Assembly (NCBI GenBank): GCA_964199315.1
Contig: OZ116699.1
Location: 29,946,001 to 30,010,000, forward strand
Source of the DNA: Orbicella franksi
Taxonomy: Eukaryota
Direction: 5' to 3'
Length of the DNA: 64,000 nt
The notes below the pieces were generated by a model. It saw only the letters and a program-made list of their open reading frames with translations. It searched no databases and was not told the DNA's origin. The translations under genes were made by a program, and so were the position numbers. Positions 33,401-45,335 of this stretch are shown one piece after another. How positions within the stretch are numbered: position 1 is the stretch's first letter; each line of letters starts with the position of its first letter.

Positions 33401-36400
33401 ATGTCTCTAAAAAACAGTAACATCAACACAAAAAGGAAAAGTAGGCAGTGGAAATTAATATACATTCTCAGAGTCAGGCACGATCTCTTTGAGTTGTCTT
33501 CTCATGGAATAAACTGATTTGGTTGCCTCATATTTCGTTTGATTGTATGATTAACACAATTCTTGTGACAGTAGATTTTTAGTGCGGAAACATCATGTTC
33601 TCTTTGTCTTTGTAAGGTCCAACTGTCCGAAGCGTTCCATCTACACCTGCAGGAAAGTCCACCACTCCATCTGGCACGGGACGAGTTACCACACCAAGAG
33701 TTATTACGAATATAGGTTGGTTACTTCAAAAATCAAACTTTGCATAAGTTGGATAAAAGCAATAGCATTAGGTTTAAGTTATGTGAATTTCGTCGTTTGA
33801 CCAGCTCAAAGTCTTGACACCCTTTATTCATTTCTCTCACGTGTTTGTTTCTTTAAAATTTCTTATTTCCATGGAAAATTCAACGGCATACATATATCTT
33901 ATGAATATACTTTAAAGATATTTTAACATCTTTATTGTATTTTACGAGTTCTTTATCTTTTAACCATATATCGATCAGTGGTACATGTATGACTACATTA
34001 GAGTGTTGGTTGCTCTTGGGAATACAAGGCAAGAAAGTTTCCTGAAACAAAATCGGAAGAGGACTCTAACACCTTCTCTGAGGAGTGGGAAGATTAAATT
34101 CTATTTATATGCAGGCCATAGAAAGCCGATACAGTATTTGAAGCCATGGTATTGTAAAATTGAGTATAATAAAAGTTAATTAGAAGTCAGTTAAAAGTTA
34201 AATCCTGTTTTCGTTTCAGACGGATTCAGAATAGAAGTTGTGGAGTACATCAACCGATTCCGACGACTCCACGGCGCAGGCCCGCTTATCCTCTCGACTC
34301 GCATTTCCATAGCCGCTCAGAACTGGGCGCAAACGTTGCTCAGTCGTGGCACCACGTCGATAGATCCGAACACGAGTTACGGCACGAATGTCTTCTCAAA
34401 GGTTGGTGCTCGAACGGGATTGGCTCAAACGTCTGTGGTCACATGGTACACTTCAGTGAAGCATTATGACTGGGCGAGACGACAGTTAAAAGTTCTCGCG
34501 TTGCCTTTCATTCACCTTATATGGCTCTCAAATAATTTTGTAGGCGTTGGATTGACCAGGTCGCCAACTGCAAAGTTTTTTGTTGTGGTGTACTTTGACC
34601 CAATGCCGGGAAATAAACCACCATCTTTACTGAAAGACAACGTTCTACCATACACAGGTACATTCACAAAATAAGTCAAAGTAACTCTAGTAAAACGGAC
34701 CTGAATGTCTCAAAGATGACTTTTTTTATCATAGCTCTTGACATGTCTTGCGTATTATTCTTATCCTCTTATTTTTTTTTTTGTTCTGCTTAAATTAAAG
34801 CGTTTTCAAGATTTACATTCCTTTAAGTGCTAGTCACTATGTAATCCTGTTAGTTAATTATATTCTTCAATTCCCTTTTATTAATTAGTCAACAAGACGT
34901 AATCGAGGACATTTTATAATGAGATTTGCTTTCTTTGATCTAACTACCTTACGTTTTGAATTTTTTTAGATGTGTTCATCCTGCTGCAGAGTGGTGAGTC
35001 ATTTTTTTATATTTCTTATATTTTATATTTTCGTAATGCATCCGTAGAGTTGCTGAATGGCACCTGGCTTAATAATCTTTATTCTCCAACATGAAATTTG
35101 GCAAAATTGTAATTATCTAGGCGCATTCGTCTTCTGTTCTATTCACAACATTTGTTTGATTATTTACAGTATCCTCATTTAGCACAGCACTGATGATAAA
35201 TATTCTGACCCAGTGAATTATTTATTTTATGTCATTTTCTCTGCAAATTAAATTAAATCAAATTAGCCTGGCTCTAGAGAGCGGTCTTCATATGAGTGTC
35301 CAATAGCGATTGGTTTTGCATCAACTACGCTACAAGATTGGCTTAAAAAAAAACTCGCGCCACTATGTCATCCAATCAAAAGTAAAACCAAAACCCATTG
35401 TGACTCGCTCGCACTCTTTTCCCCGCGTTTCACGTCAGCTATATGCAATTACTTCGAGTTTTGATTGGTTAACTGTATTCTTGTCTGTGTCCTTTGAAAT
35501 TGGTTTTGGTTTGACGACACTCAATTGTAAACCGCTCTATACATACAAGACTGAGACGTTGTTTAACACTGTGCTGTTTATTTAATAGCCATAGTGTCTT
35601 GCAACCCTGGCTATACGAATGAAGACGGCACTTGTTACAAGTATCACTCAGACAAGCAGAATTGGGACGGAGCATTGTTCCAGAGCGCAAAGGAAAACGC
35701 TACCTTGATATCGTTTCACAAGACATCAGAGGAAACTTTCGTACAGAAACTGGTCCCTACAGGAAAAACAGGTTTAATTTGGACAGGCCTGAACGATCTG
35801 ATTACTGAGGGAACTTATACTTGGTCTGACGGCACCAGCGTCGAATACACCAGCTGGAAAGTAAACGAACCAACTGGATCAAAAGAGGATTGTGTTTGCA
35901 TTGAAATGTCCAGTTACGGCACCATGTCCGATGCTCCATGTACTGAGCCTCATACTTACATTTCAAGGCAACCACTTGAAGGTGAGGGCTTCACTTCAAG
36001 ATTATTGATAATTTTTGAGATAGATTTTTTATAATAGGAACAAACATATTTTCTTGTAGTGACCACCGTTCGTACGAAGTGGAATGCTTTTTGATCGGAC
36101 TGGGAAACGTAATCGTTTCCTTTCTTTCCCTTTTTTTTAAACTGCATACACAAAAGAAAAAGATCTCAATGAATGAATGATATATGTTTGCCAGTCGTTA
36201 AACATATCATGGGATGAAATCGCTTATCCATATAGTTTACAACCTGATGATCCATCCTCGCCCTTCCTAAAATTAATACTTGCAAATAAACACGAAAGAT
36301 ACCAAGACAGATTTACAGCTAATAACAAAGACAAGACAAAAAGACAAGTATGAACTAAAGCAATAATTTTCATTCACGAAATCGTTGTCTTCGTTTGAAA

Positions 36401-39400
36401 AAACATTTCAGGTCTCATAACATACCGAGTGAAACTTCAGCTAGTTTCCTTACTATGGACAGATGACTATAGCCAAACGACCACACTATCGTATATGGAG
36501 CTGAAACAAAAGATAGAAACACTGGTAGGCATATAGTGCCGTAAATGAATAATTGATTCCCTTTACATAACCGCAGCTAGCTAGCGTTACAAATTACCTC
36601 AACATAATGTATTGCGCACCCCAAGACATTGTGGACCTTTTAGGGATAATGTAAACAAAAGACCAGCCAACTTCAGAAGTGGCATTCTTGAGACCCGGGA
36701 CGCCCCTCCCCCCCCCCCCCCCTCCCCTTGACCACCTGGTCACTCCGGCTCCTCCTCCTGGTGCAGTTAATAAAATTTATCCCTAAGCCTGAGTACCTTA
36801 CCAGCTAGGCTGACGCAATCATTATCTAGCTCTGGTTTTCGTTACACGTAACCATAACTTTGTTGCATTTCTTTCGTTGCAATTGTATCTTCCAAGAAAA
36901 AAAAAAAACAATACAAGAACAATAGCCAGGGCTTGATTGCTTGACCCATCGGCTTTATCATGATCATCATGCATCATACAACATGAAGGGCTGCAAAGAA
37001 CGTTCAAACTTTCTAGATGGACAGTGTCGATATAGCAAATATTTCCTATTTGTATGTATATTATTTATCTTTTTTACAATCTTCTTTTCAGCTGTTGGAA
37101 ATTTTTAAAATCGACACTACATTTGTATCGGGATACGTCGAAGAGTTCACGTAAGTAACAGTTCAAGCCGCAATATTACTGAATTGAATAATTTTCAAAG
37201 CGAATCTGTTCAATAATGGTGATGTTTACAAATAATATATTATTTCTTATTTGAAACTTAAAAAATAGTAAAAGTACGAAGCCATCCCCTCAAACATCAA
37301 CCAAACCAACAAAGCCCGGAATAACGACACTTGGTTCCCAGACCACCACATCGTCTGTCTCCGTTGCAACTGGCAGACCAACGACCAGACCAACACTGTT
37401 TTCACCAGGAACCACGCAGGCCACAACTCCGGCTTCAAAGCCAACTTCGAGTGGGACCTCCAAGTAGGTTGCTATTTAGTTTTTGTCAGCCAATTAAACG
37501 ATTATCATGCTACAAATTGAAGGCTGCTCAAGCATGTACGATTTTGTATTGTCATTAGGTGTGCAAACAACAGAACGACAAACCGACTGACCAACGAATA
37601 GACAGACGCGCAGGCTGAACGACAAACAGATGACATAGACAGCCTTCTTCATCAACTGCTTTATCTCTCGGTAATTTGTATTTGTCATGGTGAAATAATG
37701 GTGCCTTATAACTTGCCTTATAACTTGCTTTATGACACTCTCAGCGTGGTCGTCGAGCCAAATGGCATTTCGGCAACTGAATGAGCAGGATCATATAATG
37801 ATCAGTGATACGACTCAATTTGTCATCAAAATGTGAGATGCAAAACTAGCATAAATTGCAGACGTTTACAATCCATATTCTCTCCCTACTTCACTACAAA
37901 TTGTCTCAGTGGAAGTCATTGTTTCTTTAAAGACCGCTACTCGTTAAGTATCTTTTTTGCTCGAATTCGCCAGTGTGAAGCCCACAGTAACAGTGTCAAC
38001 CATTCTGAAGTTTGGTCCTGGTGTAGCTCCTGACCCAACTAAGCCACTTCAAGACCATTTGAGGAAGAACCTTGGGCGACTTTCAGCTCCTTTAAATCAA
38101 AAATCGCTTATTCAGTCTGTTAGGATAGTGCATCCAGGTATGGATTTTACTTTACATTTTCTACATAGATATTATTACTGTAAAATGATAGGTTTTGCAT
38201 TCGCGATCGTTGACGTGATTCTCATTATTTCCTAAGATGTTTATGTAAACACGTTAACACAAAGCCTTTGAGATCATGACTGTCTGTAATAGCGATTTAA
38301 CTCTTGATCTACCAGAAGTGGGCGGCAAGGAAGAGTTCAGTGAAGGCTCTCTATTTTGAGAAAGGTGACCGGGAGTTTTGGCGATGCTATCAAAATAATT
38401 TTGCAAAAGCAGGTGTATTTTGCATATATATAAGAAAATGTCTTTCTTACTTTAAGTCTAAGGCAAGTGTTGCTCGTTGCAGGCGTCCCACCAGCCGTCT
38501 TGGGAACTTGCACCTCAAGCTGCCTCACAACCTGCGTCGTGTCTTGCAACCCATTCTGTTGTAACTCAAAGATAGTCGCTGCCAATAACGTCCAATACAC
38601 CGGCATGCGACATGCAGTGATAGCCCAGGCAGCCCCTAAAGGATCGATTCTTCCTCGTTTGTTTAAGTACCCAATGAGCCCACAAGTTAACATGTTTGCT
38701 GCGCAAACTGTAGCTCCACAAGCCCGGCCTGTAGCTGTGCCAGTAACTCTGTCCGTGAGATGTGTTCCAACCCTACAGAGACCTTGTCCACCTGGAACTC
38801 AAGCTGCCCAAACGATACGGGGATCTTATAAAATGCCTCAGCCGGGAATTCCCCGGAGAATCTTTCAGCCGCAGCCACGTCCAGTACTTGTCCAGCCACT
38901 GGTGTTGCCTGGAGCTCCTGTTCTCACGCCAAAGTATTTGAATCGGATGGCTATACAACCACCAAGACCTGTACAGCTACCGTGTATCCCTAGTGCTTAC
39001 AACATTTGTCCGCCTCAGATGAATCCCCCTGTAAAGGCAACGAAAGTAACAGATCCTCCACAGCATATAATTCATCTGCCACCTCCGCAGATGCAACCGC
39101 CATGTATTCCTAGCCTTTACAATCCTTGTCCACCTCTCATGAGTCCCCCTGTTAAATATAAGACGACAAAAGTAACAGACCCACCACAACATATAATTCA
39201 TATGCCACCTCCGCAGATGCAACCACCATGTATTCCTAGCCTTTACAATCCTTGTCCACCTCTCATGAGTCCCCCTGTTAAATATAAGACGACAAAAGTA
39301 ACAGACCCACCACAACATATAATTCATCTGCCACCTCCGCAGATGCAACCACCATGTATTCCTAGCCTTTACAATCCTTGTCCACCTCTCATGAGTCCCC

Positions 39401-41067
39401 CTGTTAAATATAAGACGACAAAAGTAACAGACCCACCACAACATATAATTCATCTGCCACCTCCTCAGATGCAACCACCATGTATTTCTGGCGCTTACAA
39501 TCCCTGTCCACCTCTCATGAGTCCCCGTGTTAAATATAAGACGAGAAAGATAACAGATCCACCACAGCATATAATTCATCTGCCACCTCTTCAGACGCAG
39601 CCACCATGTATTCCTAGTGCTTACGAGCCTTGTCCACCAGCGATAAATCCTCCTACCCAGACTACAAAAGTAGTGGACCCACCACAACACGTAATACATC
39701 TGCCACCCGCACCACCCGCACCTCCACCACCTTCATCAAATTTCTTTCCCATGCCATTATCTGTTCCTGTACTGTGCATTCCTCGCCCTTTCTATCCTTG
39801 CCCGCCAACGGCTGGAGCAAGAAAGCTTTCGAAACCCTCGCATATGAAAGGGAAGTCTCGAGCTGTCATGCCTAAACCAATTGTAGGTTCCTATCCAGTT
39901 CCTTATGGAAAACAACCATATTGGCAGCCTCCAGTTGCATTATATACCCCGTTTGCCCCACCAGTGATGCCTCTTTCCCTATTGCAGCGACCAGCGCAAT
40001 ACACACCAAATATGTATGGCTATCGTACTCCGTTTCAAGGGTATCGCCCTCCTGTATGGCCACAGGTTATGAGAAGGCCCCTGGTGATGTCCCCTTGGGT
40101 TCCAATGCCTCAGCGCCAGTATCCTCCTGTCATGAAACCAGTTCTAGATGACAAGCCAAAACAGAAACCACCTAGACCTATTCCAGCCAAAGGGCCCATT
40201 TCTCTAAAAGGCTCTATTTTAGTGTATCCGAAGCCAGTACCAGCTATTCCTCCTTCTCCTCCGGCTGCGGGTCCATGTATTCCTACTATAAATAATCCCT
40301 GTCTTCCCTCTCGTCCGTATCCTATGGGACAAAACACTTTCTCCATGATGAAACCCTGCATCCCTTCCGTAGCGAATCCCTGTCTTCCAAACACAGGAAA
40401 CATACCAACAAAGCCCCCAACAAAACCAGACGAGAGTGAGGCAAAACCTATCCTGTTAACAAGGCCACTGCAGGTGCAAGGGAGTGTATATTTCAATTTT
40501 CGCCCACCTCCTCAAGGATCAGCTGCCCCTTCCTCCGCCCCAGTGCCATGTGTTCCAACTGCGACTACGCCGTGTTCACCATTAATGCCACCACGTCAAC
40601 CTTTTATGCCACCAAGCTACGTTGCCTCGAAGGTCCTAAATCCTTTCTCTAACCTAATGACTCCCAAAGTACCTCAGCCAGCTATTGGGGGTGTTGTTCC
40701 TGCCCTTGTCAACCCGAATGTACCAAAGATTCCTCCTGCAGCTCCACATTCAATTATTGTTCAGCTTCCTGAAATTTCCCTTCAGGCAGCCCCAGCATCG
40801 TCTCTTCCACGGCCTTTCATTCCTCCCCAGCCGTATACACCAGTCTTTCCAAGCAATTGCCCCGTGTCATGTACTCACTTTCCAGGTGTTTTCTGTCCAC
40901 CATATTGCGCAAGTTACTGTTGTAAAAACAGAGGTGGAAACCGAAAGAATACTAAGAAGAAAACAGAAAAGAAAAAGAAGGAAGTTAAAAAAGGAGGAAA
41001 GGGGACAAAAAAGAAAACTAAAAAGCAAAAGAGCATTTTGAAAGTGAAGAAAACTAAAAAGGGGTAA
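27498..41067 (+). CDS. Gene B: full-length secreted NOWA-like protein SP-VWA-LamG-EGF-CAP-CTLD-SEA-CRD-Pro-rich-CRD-Lys tail (~1806 aa, 14 exons)
   Basis: Exons 27498-27567, 27962-28537, 28850-29313, 30893-31070, 31487-31606, 33135-33182, 34220-34657, 34970-34993, 35595-35981, 36412-36524, 37092-37150, 37269-37463, 37974-38137, 38483-41067. GT-AG with compatible phases, 5421 nt open. Confidence 0.8.
27962..28537 (+). CDS. Gene B VWA domain exon
   Basis: Intact DASGS/T/DG MIDAS motif. Confidence 0.92.
28850..31070 (+). CDS. Gene B LamG/ConA-like domain (exons 28850-29313, 30893-31070)
   Basis: Paralogous to the gene A exons. Confidence 0.8.
31487..31606 (+). CDS. Gene B EGF exon
   Basis: Identical by eye to 8840-8959. 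Confidence 0.9.
34220..34657 (+). CDS. Gene B CAP/SCP domain exon
   Basis: As in gene A, two amino-acid differences. Confidence 0.85.
35595..35981 (+). CDS. Gene B C-type lectin exon
   Basis: As in gene A, two amino-acid differences. Confidence 0.9.
38483..41067 (+). CDS. Gene B terminal exon: N-CRD, Pro-rich region with 11 C-x7-C motifs, variant C-CRD, Lys-rich tail
   Basis: 860-codon open frame; [18 protein letters not shown] (38509-38562), [22 protein letters not shown] (40858-40923). Confidence 0.9.
38981..39720 (+). repeat. Coding tandem repeat, 126-bp (42-aa) period, about 6 units
   Basis: catgtatt recurs at 39101, 39227, 39353, 39479, 39605; unit [42 protein letters not shown]. Confidence 0.95.
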
Positions 41068-44000
41068 TTTTGATTTTATTTGTTAGTAAGTCGGTACATA
41101 GTTAGTAGAGGTCGGTATAATCATTGTTTTCCAGCGGAACTAACTGAATCTATTAATGCAACAAACACACACCAGCGACAGAAGCCTCACCTGAATTCCT
41201 ACAGAGGAAAATTCTTGACATTCCTCTCAGTCTCACATATGGAGAGAGAAACAAACAGCCACCGCAACTCGGGCATTTCTTCTCTAAGCATGTAAAATTA
41301 TGATATGTTTTGAAAAAACAGGATTCGTTTGTAGAACGATTTAACCAGTATCAAATCTAGCTCGACATGAGGGGCTAGCTATTAGAATAGTTTAATAAAT
41401 AGACATTAAAATTATTCAAGGTATCGTCCTTTTGTCGTCATTTTTACAGCTAATACTTACTGAGTAAGCTAAAACGTTCTCGAGGCGTAGTATATTCTGT
41501 TTTATATAGAAATACATTTACATTTTTATCGCTGATTTATGTTATACATCTTAGTGCTCTTGGTGCTGAAATTCATTTAAGAAAAGCATCCGTTCAAGAA
41601 ATGCATGGAAAAATAAAAGACAGAGTAGTCTTCAATTAGAGTCTTAATGAAAGTTAGGGAACAAAATGAAATAATAACCTGGCGTAGATGAATACCTCAA
41701 TAGCACGAGAAAAGTACGGAATAGACAGATATATCTTCAGTTGTAAAGTACGTGTTAAATTCCTGACTGAGTTAGAAATGGTGTGAGTAAACTAATATAG
41801 AATACCATGGTGCTGTGAAAAGATTACTGAAGGACTATAGCGATAATCCAAAAAAATCAGTTCCCTTATTGTAGTTAAATATAAATAAATCCATGCAATT
41901 CAACGCCGAATTTGTCTGTTTTGTCATTTAAAGATTCGTCTGTCGAGTCAATAAAACAAATCTCAAACTAACGTCAATACATTCAATTGATGTTAAGAAG
42001 ATTTCCCACATAATTTTGAACAAATAGAACCCATTTGATTACAGGCGAGTGATAAAATTTGGTCCAAGGCCAATAGTGCTCGGCATCAAATTCATAGTGC
42101 ACAAAAATGATCCCTTTTTAATTGTTCAATTACTGAGAGAAACTGGAATAACTGTGACCACGATCTAAACTTTACGCAGATATTTCGTTTTCCAATCCTT
42201 GGAGATACTTGTCTGTAAGAGTTCCAAGATACATAGTTCCATCTCTCAGATAGAGCAAACCAAGTTCGAAGTGAAAGCCAGTGGAAATATGCTAGTTTGT
42301 TCACAGTCTATTATGCAATTAACCTGATCTGTTACGGCCTTACAACAATCATTCTAGGCAATACGGCGCGGCGTGTAATTCTGGGTTGAAAAGTATCTCC
42401 TATCACTCGTTCCCATTTTTCCTGGTATGTCTACCCAGTCCCCATTTGGTTTGGCGTGACGTGAGGTGACAAGAGATGTGCACTGAGCTAGCAAATCAAA
42501 CAGTAAGTAAACGGGACGTTTTGGGATTCACAAGCAATTAAATGGTGTTTTTTAATTCATATACCAGTGACCACATACAGTGTACGTAATCCTAGTCTAT
42601 AGTTGTTAGCGCTTTCATCAGTTGTAACTGATTTGCACATATTTTAGGCACAATCTTTTTGTGTGAAAAATATCTTATTCTCGTGAATTTACCCAACCGG
42701 CGTTTGTTTTAAACAAAGTAGACGTTTTGGGGGAACATCCTCATAGGATTGTTATGAAATGGCGTTAAAAAACAACCTGTTAAACTTCTTTCATCTAAGG
42801 CTGAAAACAATTCCAGAAAGTTGTAAGCTCGATGTACTCTACTCATCAAATTACTTATTTTACTATTTCGATAATAAAACAGCATGCGCCAATATCCTAC
42901 AGACTACAAGTTTGTTGGAAAGCTATACTTCCTTTTCCAGTATTTTTTCATACCATAGAATTGTTCCAAAAACACCATAAATTTTAATGACATAAGGAAG
43001 CCCATTTCCTCGAGCCTTCACCGAATTCGGTTGTCTGCAAAAATAAACTTGTGACGTTAGTGCAGTAATATTCAACAGCAAACATACATTTCTTCTAAAT
43101 ACATCCATTTATACACATACTTTTATGAGAAAAGAGACAAACTTGTTCCTAAAATTGAACTAAAACGCCGACATTTTTTGTTCATTGTTTCTCCAACCTT
43201 GGACGAAATCCCATCAACAGCCAGATGGCGTCATGTTTGATTCGCTATTTTCAGCAACCTGGTGTTTTACCATGTTTTGACAAAAGAACAACAAAACAAA
43301 TGGACAATCTATCGTTTCTGTTGGCCAGCCAATTGAAAACATTGAGTGACTTATGATTGAAAATATTTAAACCTTTGGGATTGAATCACTACAATCAGAC
43401 TAGGAGGTAGTTCTAAGTGAGCCATGTCTGGAGGGTTCTAGCCAAGACCAAAGGACTTCATATATTTGGCTCCGAAAACTGCCTTATTAGATACAGGTAA
43501 GAGAAATTCATCGCTTTGACCGATTTATTAACAAAGGTCGGTCGTATTTGCAGCCCGATTTAACGGTAGCGTTAAATCGATTAATGATGGCATTCTGATA
43601 GAGGTAAAACATTGAGTAGCGTCGTCGGTCTTTGAGTGAAAAGTGTTCGATGTATGGGGTAAAAATGTCATCCTAGACAATGTGAAAAATTTTACTTTAT
43701 CTCCAGTTTTGTTTCTTTTTGGAATTTCTAGTTCAGACGCAAATTTGATATTTTGCGGATTAACCTATATTCTGCTCTTTATCCCCGTGGCTTAAATACG
43801 TAAGCCCTTCTTTAAACATTTCGGTATTGAAACATCATTGAAAACAGATGGAGATAAAGACTGAATTAAGAATTGAATTACGTTATTTTGGACTTCGCTT
43901 CAAGTCTTACGTTAAATCGTTATTTTAACTTGTGACCGTCCATGAGTAATGGAGCAAAGAGTGTTTTTTTTAAATCTTGTTCACACCATGAAGTGATCGT

Positions 44001-45335
44001 TTATATATCAAAGGAAAACAATTTACGAAAGGACGAAGTAGAAATGTCATCAGCCTGTAAACAAGAAAATGGATCTTTCGTTAAGGTCGCATGTAAATGT
44101 GATAGATGGGGTGGAAAAGAAAACACTTGTTACAGCTGATTAATTTCAAAACTTTGCATCGTTTTTGCCAGTGTTTTAGCTTTGTTTCTTGTAATTTACA
44201 CGTTTGTGGCAACATAAGTCTTCAGTCGATATTGTTATGAATTTAGCATTCCGTCGTGATATGGTAATTTAACTACATGAGATAATATATGTTATCTTTC
44301 AAATGATTGGCATGTCTTGACTTTTTCCGAGATCCTGAAACATGCCAACTCCTTTGAAATTTATTTTAACCTGTCCTTTCCTTGGAACAAAAAAAATCCA
44401 AATTTCCCCTGTAACACTGCAGGGTTTAATTGCTTCAAAAAAGAGGCCTAGGAGAATACCTGATGTTACACCCACCTGTCATGTTTATAGATTGTATGTT
44501 ATTATATGAAATGATCCGTGCAATATGTAATACTAAGTGACTGGTTTGTTCATCGTAGGGACGACGCTCTTTGATCAGCAAGGGAAACTCGAGATTGAGG
44601 TGAGGGAGAATCAATTGTCGAACAATGAATAGCGAGTTTAACTTAACCTTTGGCTTTTTTTCAGAGTGAATCTTTCATATCAAATATTTCATGTGAGTAG
44701 TTAAAAGAGAAAACCTCAAAAGTCACACGTCTTTCCCAGAAGTCTTGCCATCTGTCTAGAGAAATATAAGCAACTTATATATTGTTGTGATGGACTTTTC
44801 ATGTAAAGATTGTGTATTGTTAAGGTCTTAATTTTTCTTATGACTAAATCAAACTAGCTGTCATATAGGACAGAGCTGAGTGTTTGCTAGAGTCGACTTA
44901 TTCTACATGAAAGAGTATTCTGGTATGCCTGGATGTGTGAATCAGCAAAGTAGCATTCCTTTGAGTTCCCCAATTGAGACAAATACTGTAACTTCTCCGT
45001 ACTCCGTTCATCAGCGTTACTATTGAAGGGTACAAAAAAATCCATTCCATATATTCTCTAAAGAACCTTGCCTAAACTTCCATTTTTCAGTCTATCCCGC
45101 AATATATTCTACAGAAAAAAAAGCTCTTATTATATAATAGAATATATCCTTGTCGTACTGCCTAAAAATACCGCAACTGTAAGTTAGCTTGTGTAATGCT
45201 CTATTTCTTTATGTGTTGGAAGATTTCTGCTACATTCATGTTAAACGACATGTTAACTGATACAAAGACGTAACGTTGCTCACTTTTACTTTGTATCCTT
45301 CGTTGCTACAGGTTTGGAAAGCCTAGCCGACTGAT

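Larger units (their letters stand above)
23775..39102 (+). repeat. Tandem segmental duplication, copy B
   Basis: Same order of SINE, MITEs and exons as copy A, with an empty LINE site near 31905. Continues into the full Pro-rich exon. Confidence 0.95.

Noticed and set aside
36700-36730. Poly-C/G runs (also 8070-8090, 30715-30735, 63593-63615) as functional G-quadruplexes
   Set aside because: Simple homopolymer expansions, mostly in repeats, variable between copies and error-prone in sequencing.
1086-39102. Duplication as a pure haplotype-assembly artefact
   Set aside because: Not favoured: a non-homologous mid-exon junction with microhomology, a truncated MITE end and copy-specific insertions with TSDs fit a real event. 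Read-level confirmation is still needed.
38977-39699. 240-aa Trp-rich antisense ORF
   Set aside because: Antisense shadow of the Pro-rich 126-bp repeat (CCA reads TGG).
38483-41067. True minicollagen/collagen, or plant-type extensin
   Set aside because: No Gly-X-Y run and no SPPPP repeats; the CRDs and upstream exons point to a NOWA/CPP-like protein.
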